Source: Candidatus Woesearchaeota archaeon (lineage in GTDB: Archaea; Nanobdellota; Nanobdellia; Pacearchaeales; GW2011-AR1). Taken from it: a DNA stretch of 64,000 nucleotides. The notes beneath the pieces are model-generated. The model was not told the origin of the DNA. It did no database searches and saw only the letters and a list, made by a program, of their open reading frames with translations. The position numbers were made by a program, and so were the translations under genes. Below, piece by piece: positions 55,753-64,000 of the stretch (position 1 is the stretch's first letter; every line of letters begins with the position of its first letter). The stretch is taken from assembly GCA_964530955.1 (NCBI GenBank), contig CAZHCL010000002.1, positions 1-64,000 of the forward strand. The letters are read 5' to 3'.

Positions 55753-56085
55753 ATGAGTTCTGAATATATCAAATTGTCGCAACCCGAGGTCGTTTATGGG
55801 CAGAAGAATTTTTTGAAGGCACAGTTAGACGTCCTTGACATAACAAGACATTACTTAACATATCAAAAGCTGAGAAAGGAAGAATTCCTCCTCAAAATAG
55901 AATTAAGAAATAAAATAGGACATGTGCAAAATAATCTTCTTGCAATGGACAAAATTCTGCCTAAAACATATCCGGTTGAATCTGAGAAGAAGAAGAAAAT
56001 TGCATTAGAAACAGACTCAAAAGAAGTGGTTTCCCTTAAGCAGGAAATAGAGCTCATTAAGCAAAAACTTGCAAGGCTGAGATAA
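55753..56085 (+). CDS. Hypothetical coiled-coil protein
   Basis: 110 aa, GGA SD-like sequence upstream. Confidence 0.65.
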   Translation: MSSEYIKLSQPEVVYGQKNFLKAQLDVLDITRHYLTYQKLRKEEFLLKIELRNKIGHVQNNLLAMDKILPKTYPVESEKKKKIALETDSKEVVSLKQEIELIKQKLARLR

Positions 56086-56115
56086 TTTTAAATATACTCT
56101 GGTTTCTAATCCTTT

Positions 56116-57942
56116 ATGAATAATGAAATAAAAACAAGACAGCAACTTATTGAAAAGTATATTGAGTTCTTCAAAAAAAAGAATCATAAACATATACCTG
56201 GCTCTTCATTAATACCTGAAAATGATCCTACCGTTCTTTTCACAACAGCAGGCATGCATCCCCTAGTTCCCTTTTTACTTGGACAGAAACATCCACTAGG
56301 AAAAAGGCTTGTTGATGTTCAAAAGTGCATAAGAACTCAAGATATTGATGAAGTTGGAGATTCTGTGCATCATACTTTCTTTGAAATGCTAGGGAACTGG
56401 AGCCTAGGAGATTATTTTAAGAAAGAGGCAATAAATTTTTCATTTGAATTCCTTATAAAAGAACTTGGAATTCCTAAAGAAAGATTTGCGGTAACTTGTT
56501 TTGCTGGAGATAAAAGAGTCCCCGAATTATCTATTGATGATGAATCATCCGAAATCTGGCTTTCGCTTGGAATTCCTAAAGAAAGAATTTCTTTTCTAGA
56601 AGGAGGAGTTTTTGAATCTAAAAATAATTGGTGGGGTCCTGCTGGAGAAATAGGTCCATGTGGCCCAGACACTGAAATGTTCTATTGGAAACTAAACGAC
56701 AAAAAAGCACCAAAAAAATTCAATCCAGATGATGAAAACTGGGTAGAAATATGGAATGATGTTTTAATGCAATACGAAAAGAATAAGGCAGGACAATATG
56801 TTAAAGCAAAGCAGCAAAACATTGATACTGGAATGGGATTGGAAAGAACGCTAGCAGTTCTGAATGGATTAGAGGACAATTATCAAACTTCTATTTTCCA
56901 GCCAATTATAAAAGAAATAGAAAAAATATCAGGCAAAAGCTATGGTAAGAATAAGGAAGATACAAGAGCAATGAGAATAATCGCAGACCATGTCAGAGCA
57001 GCAACATTTATCCTTGGAGATGAAAAAGGAATAAAGCCTTCAAACCTAGGCCAGGGCTACGTTCTAAGAAGACTGATAAGAAGAGCAATAAGATATGGTA
57101 GAATGCTTGGAATAAAAGATAACTTCACTTCAAAAGTTGCAAAATCGGTCCTTCCAGTATATCCAGACTATCAAGAATTGCACAGAAATATAAAATTCAC
57201 TCTAGAACAACTCGAAGAGGAAGAAAATAAATTTGGTTTGACCCTAGAGAAAGGAATAAAAGAATTTAACAGAATAATAAAAAGCAGAAAAGAAAAGATC
57301 CTCACTGGAAAAGAAGCATTCTTGCTCTTCCAAAGCTATGGGTTCCCCATAGAATTTACGGAAGAATTAGCATCTGAAAATAATATAGATGTTGACCTTG
57401 ATGAATATAATGAAGAATTCAAAAGGCACCAAGATTTAAGCAGGACAGCATCATCAGGAATGTTCAAATCAGGACTCGCAGATAATTCTGAAGAAACAAA
57501 GAAACTACACACTGCAACCCACCTTCTCAATGAATCTCTTCGCCAAATTCTAGGAAAAGAAGTAAAACAAAAAGGGTCAAACATAACACCTGAAAGACTA
57601 AGATTTGATTTTAATTTCCCAAGAAAATTAACAGATGAAGAAATAAAAAAGATTGAAATTCTTGTAAATAGTAAAATAAAAAGCAAATTGAATGTAAGAA
57701 GAGAAGAAATCCCTCTGAAAGATGCAGTAAGTTCGGGAGCTCAGTCAGAATTCGGAACTAAATATCCTGAAATGGTTTCTGTTTATACAATCGAAGACTC
57801 CGAAGATGAGAAGAAATGGTTTAGCAGAGAAATTTGCACAGGCCCCCATGTAGATAACACCTCGGAACTAGGCAGTTTCAAGATAATTAAGGAAGAATCT
57901 TCTGCGGCGGGCGTCAGAAGAATAAAAGCCATTGTTGAATAA
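56116..57942 (+). CDS. alaS: Alanine--tRNA ligase, short form lacking the C-Ala domain
   Basis: LFTTAGM, HHTFFEMLGNWS, GPCGPD, IDTGMGLER, HTATHLL, CTGPHV, GVRRIKA at the C-terminus. Confidence 0.97.
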   Translation: MNNEIKTRQQLIEKYIEFFKKKNHKHIPGSSLIPENDPTVLFTTAGMHPLVPFLLGQKHPLGKRLVDVQKCIRTQDIDEVGDSVHHTFFEMLGNWSLGDYFKKEAINFSFEFLIKELGIPKERFAVTCFAGDKRVPELSIDDESSEIWLSLGIPKERISFLEGGVFESKNNWWGPAGEIGPCGPDTEMFYWKLNDKKAPKKFNPDDENWVEIWNDVLMQYEKNKAGQYVKAKQQNIDTGMGLERTLAVLNGLEDNYQTSIFQPIIKEIEKISGKSYGKNKEDTRAMRIIADHVRAATFILGDEKGIKPSNLGQGYVLRRLIRRAIRYGRMLGIKDNFTSKVAKSVLPVYPDYQELHRNIKFTLEQLEEEENKFGLTLEKGIKEFNRIIKSRKEKILTGKEAFLLFQSYGFPIEFTEELASENNIDVDLDEYNEEFKRHQDLSRTASSGMFKSGLADNSEETKKLHTATHLLNESLRQILGKEVKQKGSNITPERLRFDFNFPRKLTDEEIKKIEILVNSKIKSKLNVRREEIPLKDAVSSGAQSEFGTKYPEMVSVYTIEDSEDEKKWFSREICTGPHVDNTSELGSFKIIKEESSAAGVRRIKAIVE

Positions 57943-57945
57943 TTC

Positions 57946-58734
57946 TCAAATTAAATAAACCAATACTGCAGCAGCAATCAAAAAAACATAAAGAGCTAGC
58001 CATCTCAAATTCTTTCTGTTATTAAGAATATATGTGAAAGAAATATGTATTGTCAAAAGACCAGCAGCGAAAGAAACCAATGCAGCCCAAAGCATTTCAG
58101 GAGGAAGTGTCGCATTTCCTATTTCAAGAACATTCGCCCCAAAAACAACTGGAATTGAGAGCAAAAATGAAAACTTAACAGCACTCTTTTCACGCAATCC
58201 CAAAAGCAATCCCGATGAAATAGTTGTTCCTCCTCTTGATATCCCCCTAAAAAGTGAAAGCATTTCTGCAAGACCTATCAATAATGCAGATTTATAACTC
58301 AATTCACTTAATTTTTTTGCATTTTTACCAGATTTGTTAATATTTATAGATCCAATAAGAAGAATTACTCCTGTTGTGGCAAAACCTAGGCAAAGAAGCC
58401 AAAGATTTCCAAGAGTATTTTCAAATATATCATGAAAAAGAAATCCTGCAATCCCTGCGGGAATAGTTCCTATTATGAGCAAGAAACCTAGCCTGGAATT
58501 TTCAGTTTTCCAATTCCCTTTCAATAAATCCTCTATAATATCAATAATATCTTTTCCGAAATATACAAAAACAGCCATAAGAGTTCCAAAATGTAATGCG
58601 ACATCAAATGTTAAACTATTTGAAAATCCAAGGAGCTTTGAAAAGAGAACCAGATGACCTGAACTAGAAATAGGCAACCATTCAGCTATACCTTGTATTA
58701 AAGCCAAAATCAACGCAGATAATATTTGATTCAT
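57946..58734 (-). CDS. uppP: Undecaprenyl-diphosphate phosphatase
   Basis: QGIAEWLPISSSGHL, LHFGT, GISRGGTTI, FSFLLSIP. Confidence 0.93.
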   Translation of the reverse strand: MNQILSALILALIQGIAEWLPISSSGHLVLFSKLLGFSNSLTFDVALHFGTLMAVFVYFGKDIIDIIEDLLKGNWKTENSRLGFLLIIGTIPAGIAGFLFHDIFENTLGNLWLLCLGFATTGVILLIGSININKSGKNAKKLSELSYKSALLIGLAEMLSLFRGISRGGTTISSGLLLGLREKSAVKFSFLLSIPVVFGANVLEIGNATLPPEMLWAALVSFAAGLLTIHISFTYILNNRKNLRWLALYVFLIAAAVLVYLI

Positions 58735-58794
58735 TCAAATCCGTTGAAAAAAGCATTAATAAAATTAAGTGTTATGTAAGATTTACTTTGCAGT

Positions 58795-59010
58795 CTAAGA
58801 CATTTTTAGAATCATTCTGCTAAGACTGGCGGGAGAAAACTTTTCGGAAGCATCTAATATTTCCATGCCTATAACCTTTCCGTCTTTAGATATATCTACA
58901 ATAACTCCTTCGCCTATCTCTTCGCTATATTCGGACTTTCCTTCTTCTACGTAGATATACATCGCGTCTACTTCTTTGTCGTATCTTATTTTCATTTTAG
59001 TATTTTCCAA
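58795..59010 (-). CDS. DUF2283 family putative antitoxin
   Basis: IRYDKEVDAMYI, VIVD..KDGKVIGMEILDAS. Confidence 0.88.
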   Translation of the reverse strand: MENTKMKIRYDKEVDAMYIYVEEGKSEYSEEIGEGVIVDISKDGKVIGMEILDASEKFSPASLSRMILKMS

Positions 59011-59227
59011 GCCTAGTGTAATATGATGTTACAATTATATAAACCTTTTCTGTCTGCAAATAAATAACTCTTAATAATCTATTCCCGATAACTTTTTGAG
59101 AAATTTTTCTTCCTTTTCTCGACTCGGTAATTTTATCTGGATTTAGAATAGCTTCTTCCACATCCTCTTTAGAAATTCTTCTCTCAATCATATTCTTTCT
59201 TGCATGTATAGAATATATTATATTCAT
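58997..59227 (-). CDS. DUF4258 family putative RelE-like toxin
   Basis: YSIHARKNMIERRIS, LRVIY, IVTSY; overlaps the DUF2283 gene. Confidence 0.82.
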   Translation of the reverse strand: MNIIYSIHARKNMIERRISKEDVEEAILNPDKITESRKGRKISQKVIGNRLLRVIYLQTEKVYIIVTSYYTRLGKY

Positions 59228-59277
59228 AAGATAATAAAGATGTTAAGATATAAATATTTAACTCAAAGTTATTAAAA

Positions 59278-60270
59278 TTACCTACTATCTGCCCTTATTC
59301 TCTCTATAAGCTCAGGAATTCCAACAACTGCAGTTCCTGGTTTTTCAACAACAATTCCAGCAGCATAATTAGCAATCTGCGAAGCTTCAGCAATGTTTGC
59401 TCCAGACAAAAGTGAAAGTGTCAAAGCAGAAAGAACTGTATCTCCTGCACCACTAACATCTATTACTTGTTTAGCCTTAGTAGGAGATTCATGAAAATCT
59501 CCATCATAACTACACATTCCATGCTCACCGCAAGTAACTATCACATATTTGCTTCCTGTCATTTCTTTCAATTTAAGAGCGCTCTCTCTTCTTCTTTCAT
59601 AGCCCATTATTCCTGTTGCCTTTCCAGCCTCACTTAGATTAACACATAACAAATCAACTCCTGAAAACTTGCCTACATTTTCAGGTTTCGGTGCAGCAAA
59701 AACAGGTACATTCATTCTACGCGCAAGCTGTATAACTCTCTGCGCCAAGTCGCCTCTGAAAACTCTTTTATAATAATCAGAAAGAACTATCGAACCAACT
59801 CCTCCGCGAGAGGAATCTAAATTTTCTAATCCATTAAGAATTTGTAGAGAAATAGCACTACTAAGAGGAGATAGCTCAGTCTCACCATAATCTACCCTAG
59901 TAAGATAATGCCCGTCACCAAAAATTCTCTGCTTGCACATGGTTGGACCCTCTAGAAATAGATCGGGTGAAATTCCTGATTTACATAGCTTCCGAACTTC
60001 CGATCCATAGTTATCATTGCCTATTACTCCATAAAGATATGTCCAGGCATTGAAAGAAGAAATATTACTTGCGACATTTGCTGCGCAACCGAGCGTATAT
60101 TTAGATGTTGTTTTTTTTACAAGAGGGCAAGCTCTGTTTTCAGGATTCAATCTTTCTATTGTTCCATAAAGAGCCTCATCCAAAGCAACATCTCCTACAA
60201 CCGCAACCCTGTATGAATCAAATCCTTCAATTATACTTGCCAATCTATCAAAATTTACCTTTCCAGTCAT
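59278..60270 (-). CDS. PfkB-family sugar kinase, HldE/RfaE domain I (heptose-7-phosphate kinase-like)
   Basis: VVGDVALDE.LYG..ERLNPE, LGCAANVA.N, LSDYYK, DVSGAGDT, NYAAGIVVEKPGTA. Confidence 0.82.
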   Translation of the reverse strand: MTGKVNFDRLASIIEGFDSYRVAVVGDVALDEALYGTIERLNPENRACPLVKKTTSKYTLGCAANVASNISSFNAWTYLYGVIGNDNYGSEVRKLCKSGISPDLFLEGPTMCKQRIFGDGHYLTRVDYGETELSPLSSAISLQILNGLENLDSSRGGVGSIVLSDYYKRVFRGDLAQRVIQLARRMNVPVFAAPKPENVGKFSGVDLLCVNLSEAGKATGIMGYERRRESALKLKEMTGSKYVIVTCGEHGMCSYDGDFHESPTKAKQVIDVSGAGDTVLSALTLSLLSGANIAEASQIANYAAGIVVEKPGTAVVGIPELIERIRADSR

Positions 60271-60347
60271 TAAAAAAAGATAAACCTATGCCTTAAAAAG
60301 ATTATGAAAGCGCAAGATAATGAATAAAAAATCAAAAAAAGATTTTA

Positions 60348-60371
60348 GCCTCTGGTCAAGCCTTCAGAGGC
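60348..60371 (-). terminator. Hairpin followed by T-runs after the small Zn-finger gene
   Basis: GCCTCTG-N10-CAGAGGC perfect 7-bp stem; followed on the minus strand by TAAAATCTTTTTTTGATTTTTT. Confidence 0.5.
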
Positions 60372-60384
60372 AAGTTTAGTCTAT

Positions 60385-60552
60385 TTATTCTGACCTGCAT
60401 TTCCAGCAAAGCGAGGCCCGAGAATTTATCTTCGATCTCATCAATTCCATGATGAATCGCTCGGCGCTCATCCCCTCAAAATCATATCTGAGGTCGAACA
60501 GTTCCCCGCATCTTTTGCATTGCGCAGGCAGTGCAGTTATTGCTCTGTTCAT
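60385..60552 (-). CDS. Small zinc-finger protein, 55 aa (CxxC...CxxC); missing from the ORF track
   Basis: Manual translation MNRAITALPAQCKRCGELFDLRYDFEGMSAERFIMELMRSKINSRASLCWKCRSE; TATA box upstream, hairpin downstream. Confidence 0.72.
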   Translation of the reverse strand: MNRAITALPAQCKRCGELFDLRYDFEGMSAERFIMELMRSKINSRASLCWKCRSE

Positions 60553-60597
60553 TCACTTCAATGAGAGATTTTCTTTAAATACTAACATCCAATTACA

Positions 60598-60714
60598 AGA
60601 AATATTTTCTAAGATATAGAAACTTATATAGCGAGTCACTGAAAAGAAACAAAACTCTCTTTTTAAATGGTTTAAAAAGCCAGTCACTGAAAAGAAACAA
60701 AGAAAATATTTTCT
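60598..60714. repeat. Composite repeat: two 23-nt direct repeats flanking a 9-bp inverted repeat, bracketed by AGAAA(A)TATTTTCT
   Basis: GC(G/C)AGTCACTGAAAAGAAACAAA at 60631-60653 and 60679-60701; CTTTTTAAA-TGG-TTTAAAAAG at 60659-60679. Confidence 0.85.
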
Positions 60715-60724
60715 CGCCTATAAA

Positions 60725-63409
60725 TCATTCAGCATAAATTCCTGGCTTTCCAGGTTTTGCCTTTGCAGCCTTGCCTTCAGGATCATATTTTTTCTTATCA
60801 TTCACAGCAAAAACCTTGACTTTCTTTCCAACTTTTTTGCTCAATAAGTCAAAATCATAATTTTCAAGCTCATTTGGAAGCACATAGAGATATATATTTT
60901 CCATTTCCTTTCCCTGTTTTTCTTTTATTATTTTAATTACGTTGACAATATCAGAAACAGTTTTCTCAACTGCCTTTTCAGCAATATCAAATTTCTCATT
61001 TATCTTACTCTCATCAGCAGAAGGCCATTCAGCAACAGAAACAAAACCTTTTCCGCCTATTTTCTCCCAAAGCTCTTCAGCAATATGCGGAGTTATTGGA
61101 ACCATTAATTTTATCCATTTAGTTAACATTTGAGATAAAATTTTATTATCGCACTCTGCAACCTGAAGATATTTCTTAAACTCATTGTATAAGTTAAAAT
61201 ATATATCGTTAGAAGCAGTCCTGAAATCAAAATTGTCCATTGCTAGCTTTATTTCTTTTAACTTTTTATTGAAGGTAGACTCCACCATCGCATCAATATT
61301 ATTTTTACCATTCTTCTTTTTCATTAATTCATCTAAAAGCAAATTAATCTTTTCTAGTGACGCTCTGTAGCTTAGAGCAACCTCTTCATCCCATAAAACA
61401 TCTGCAGCTGGACTTCCTATATGTGCATAATACAATCTCATTCCATCGACAGAATATTTCTGAATTAATTCAGGAACTGGTTCAGACCCACCCTTACTTT
61501 TCGATATTTTACTGCCTTTCCCAGTAATCCAGTAATTGACAAATATTCCTTTAGGAAGTTTATTTTCTGGCAAAATTGCTACATGATTCATCAAAAAAAC
61601 AGGGAAGTGAACTGTTTGATGTTCTTTTCCTCCAAGATTTATATCTAAGGGATACCAATAATCAAAATCTTTCTTGATACTTTCCCACAGTTTATTCTTA
61701 GCTTTGCCTATTCCTAAATAGACATAATCAAAAAATTCTTCAGTTAATTCTTCAACTTTAATCTTTCCAGTATTAACATATTTAGATACAATATAATAAA
61801 CAGGATAAAGTGTTGAATCAGAAATAGGTTCAATTATCCAATTACCACCAAAAGGCATTTTAGTTCCTAGCCAACTACCCTGTCTCGCGCATGCTCTGTC
61901 CTGAAACCATTCCAAAACAGAGGGAATATTTCTTTTATAGTCCTCAGGATAAATAAGCATCTTTTGTGCATGTTCCTTTGAATCCTTAGTAAGCTTGAAA
62001 TCAGAATATCTTATAAACCACTGGTCATCAATCTTTTTGATTATTACTCTCTCTCCACATCTGCATATAACTTCTTCTGAGAGAGAATACATTATATCTG
62101 CTTTTCCAGATTTAATAAGCTCATCTTTCATTTTATCTTTAGCCTCAATAACTTTCATTCCAGAATATTTTCCGCAAATGGAGAGTAAAATTCCAGAATG
62201 GTATCCCTCCTTATAGACCTCCTGAGTCAATCCCTCAAGTTTAGGGTCTTCCTGATTCGAAACACCTTCCTTCTCTACAATATCTACTCCAGCCTTCTCA
62301 CCATACTTTTTAGTCTGAATTATAGGAATAACCTTAATAGCCTCCAACTCTTTAATTTGGTTTATATCAAATCCTAACTTTTTCTTATCTTTAGCAGACA
62401 ATTCCTGTAGCTCTTTCAAAGCAATATAATCATAAGGGGCGTCACTAGGCACTGAAGTCACAATCCCTGTCCCAATATCTGACTTAACAAATCTCGAAGG
62501 AAGAATAATTACTTCTCTTTCAATCATTGGTGCTACTGCTTTTTCGCCAAGTAATTTCTCCATTGTATATCCAATTAATTTAATATCGTCTTTTTGATAG
62601 GTTAATTTATTGAAAGCATCTTCGCTTATTATCCAAATCTCTTTTCCAACTTTAACTTCTACATACTTAATATCGGTATTAATCCATAGATTAGTCTGCC
62701 CATAAACCGTTTCTGGTCTTAATGTAGCCGCAACAAGATACTTATCTTTGAACTTGAACTTTAGTAAAGTAAATTCCATTCTTTCAGCATTGCCGCCTTT
62801 AGAGATATCTGTTTCAGAAGCATCAACCGCAACAGGACCATCTTTTGGACAGAAAGTTCCATAATATGGTTTTTGAACAAGAAGATTCTTTTCTTTCAAT
62901 TTTTTAAATTGCCATTCAATAAATTTATTATAATCTGGATTAATAGTACAAATGAATCTTCTTTCATCAATTAAAAATCCAAATCTCTTCCAGTATTCAA
63001 CGTAGTTTTTATTAAAAAAGTCTACTACTCCTTTTGGAGTCTCAAGATTAGATATTTTTTTCATATCGTATCCATTATTTTTGAGATAATCCAACATTCC
63101 CGAATCTTTCTTCCTAATTTTATTTGCAAATATAACTGAAGGGTTACCTGAAGCATGAGTTCCTACAGGAAAAAGAACATTATATCCATTCATCCTCTTA
63201 TATCTACAAATTGCATCAGAATAACTATAACCACGCATATGCCCCACATGAAGGTACCCAGATATTCCAGGATAAGCAAAAATTAAAAAAAACTTTTCAT
63301 TCTTATTTGGTTCAGCTTCTCCAAGTTTGGCATCATCCCATCTCTTCTGCCATTTCTTTTCTATACTAGAAAAATCAATTTCTTTCTTTATTTCGATATT
63401 CCTAGTCAT
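60725..63409 (-). CDS. leuS: Leucine--tRNA ligase (archaeal type)
   Basis: AYPGISGYLHVGH, ATLRPETVYGQTN, GTGIV.SVPSDAP editing domain, GKEH, KISKS. The ORF track starts at TTG 63430; ATG 63409 fits the TATA spacing. Confidence 0.97.
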   Translation of the reverse strand: MTRNIEIKKEIDFSSIEKKWQKRWDDAKLGEAEPNKNEKFFLIFAYPGISGYLHVGHMRGYSYSDAICRYKRMNGYNVLFPVGTHASGNPSVIFANKIRKKDSGMLDYLKNNGYDMKKISNLETPKGVVDFFNKNYVEYWKRFGFLIDERRFICTINPDYNKFIEWQFKKLKEKNLLVQKPYYGTFCPKDGPVAVDASETDISKGGNAERMEFTLLKFKFKDKYLVAATLRPETVYGQTNLWINTDIKYVEVKVGKEIWIISEDAFNKLTYQKDDIKLIGYTMEKLLGEKAVAPMIEREVIILPSRFVKSDIGTGIVTSVPSDAPYDYIALKELQELSAKDKKKLGFDINQIKELEAIKVIPIIQTKKYGEKAGVDIVEKEGVSNQEDPKLEGLTQEVYKEGYHSGILLSICGKYSGMKVIEAKDKMKDELIKSGKADIMYSLSEEVICRCGERVIIKKIDDQWFIRYSDFKLTKDSKEHAQKMLIYPEDYKRNIPSVLEWFQDRACARQGSWLGTKMPFGGNWIIEPISDSTLYPVYYIVSKYVNTGKIKVEELTEEFFDYVYLGIGKAKNKLWESIKKDFDYWYPLDINLGGKEHQTVHFPVFLMNHVAILPENKLPKGIFVNYWITGKGSKISKSKGGSEPVPELIQKYSVDGMRLYYAHIGSPAADVLWDEEVALSYRASLEKINLLLDELMKKKNGKNNIDAMVESTFNKKLKEIKLAMDNFDFRTASNDIYFNLYNEFKKYLQVAECDNKILSQMLTKWIKLMVPITPHIAEELWEKIGGKGFVSVAEWPSADESKINEKFDIAEKAVEKTVSDIVNVIKIIKEKQGKEMENIYLYVLPNELENYDFDLLSKKVGKKVKVFAVNDKKKYDPEGKAAKAKPGKPGIYAE

Positions 63410-63454
63410 ATTATCATTCATAAAAGGCAAGATTTAAACTTTATGCTGAAGTAA

Positions 63455-63814
63455 CTAAAAAGCTTCTTTAAGGGAATTCAGAATCCCTTTCTTTCTCAGC
63501 TGGCTCACAGCAGAAGGATTATACTTGAAAATAATATCGCCTTTTTCATTATCATCAGGCCAGGGCATTATGAGAACAATATCTCTTGGTCTAAGCCAAA
63601 GCTCCCTCTTGTATCTTCCAGGGACTCTGCAGTTTCTCTTCTTTCCATCGGTTCCAAGAACTTCCATTCTGTTTCCGCCGTATCTCTGACTTATAACTCC
63701 TATAACTTCTCCATTTCTAGGAGCTCTTACTCTGGCAGGAGCTACCACTTCTGTTGTGCTTTCCTGCGGAGGAGCGTCAGTAACAACTTCCTCGAATTCT
63801 CCGTAATCTCCCAT
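63455..63814 (-). CDS. eif1a: Translation initiation factor aIF-1A
   Basis: GEVIGVI.QRYGGNRMEV, RNCRVPGR.KRELWLRPRDIVLI.PW. Confidence 0.93.
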   Translation of the reverse strand: MGDYGEFEEVVTDAPPQESTTEVVAPARVRAPRNGEVIGVISQRYGGNRMEVLGTDGKKRNCRVPGRYKRELWLRPRDIVLIMPWPDDNEKGDIIFKYNPSAVSQLRKKGILNSLKEAF

Positions 63815-63886
63815 GATATCTCTAGAAAAGCTCCTTTTTTAAATATATTCAAATACGTTTATAAAACCTTTAAGATTATAATCTAT

Positions 63887-64000
63887 ATGATAAACTTATA
63901 TCTTACAGGAGACAAAATAATCTCAAATGAACAGGAAGCATTCTCTCTTTATGAAAAATCAGTATTTGGAGAGAAGAAAGAAGGCAGAATAGAATATAGC
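63887..64000 (+). CDS. 5' part of a gene running off the window, possibly tRNA-splicing endonuclease
   Basis: MINLYLTGDKIISNEQEAFSLYEKSVFGEKKEGRIEYS resembles archaeal EndA N-termini (..FG......L.LS); only 38 codons are visible. Confidence 0.45.
   Translation, partial: MINLYLTGDKIISNEQEAFSLYEKSVFGEKKEGRIEYS

Noticed and set aside
58795-59227. DUF4258-DUF2283 pair as a novel system
   Set aside because: This is an already recognised, widespread predicted type II toxin-antitoxin pairing; listed as features only.
60631-60701. Possible mini-CRISPR (two repeats containing GAAAC with a 25-nt spacer)
   Set aside because: Only two short repeats, a spacer that is itself a palindrome, and no cas genes or leader; kept as a generic repeat instead.
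1-64000. Alternative genetic code, frameshifted or split genes, inteins, tRNA introns
   Set aside because: Conserved genes read through at the expected lengths with standard stops, no intein motifs were seen, and the three tRNAs fold without introns.

Overview
AT-rich, gene-dense chromosomal segment of a reduced-genome archaeon. The archaeal information-processing genes (rps4/9/10/11/13, rpl13/18e/21e, Rpo3/4/11, TFE, aIF-1A, RadB, DnaG, XerA, ATP-dependent ligase), the mostly leaderless TATA promoters and the sparse metabolism suggest DPANN, probably Pacearchaeota; this taxonomy is an inference. The housekeeping backbone also carries cysS, alaS, leuS, three intronless tRNAs and a NUDIX-thyA-folA-tmk operon, and it is repeatedly interrupted by orphan genes. 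Five things stand out. (1) The 'adenylosuccinate synthetase' at 1236-2276 has the PurZ/PurZ0 (2-aminoadenine, Z-base) signature instead of the PurA one and lies directly after a TadA-like deaminase. (2) A gene of the phage thymine-hypermodification family (aGPT-Pplase1 / 5-hmdU DNA kinase helical domain) sits head-to-head with the thymidylate operon. (3) A phospho-signalling island at 2.3-11.1 kb holds an atypical membrane Ser/Thr kinase and a translationally coupled 8-gene operon with a Janus/PHPT1-like phosphohistidine phosphatase domain, two orphan receiver domains and a transglutaminase-like protein. (4) A 38-nt operator+TATA element recurs three times in front of unrelated accessory genes. 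(5) Several small genes and structured intergenic elements are missing from the ORF track. No CRISPR array, IS element, rRNA or provirus was found. Family assignments come from motif recognition by eye, not from database searches.
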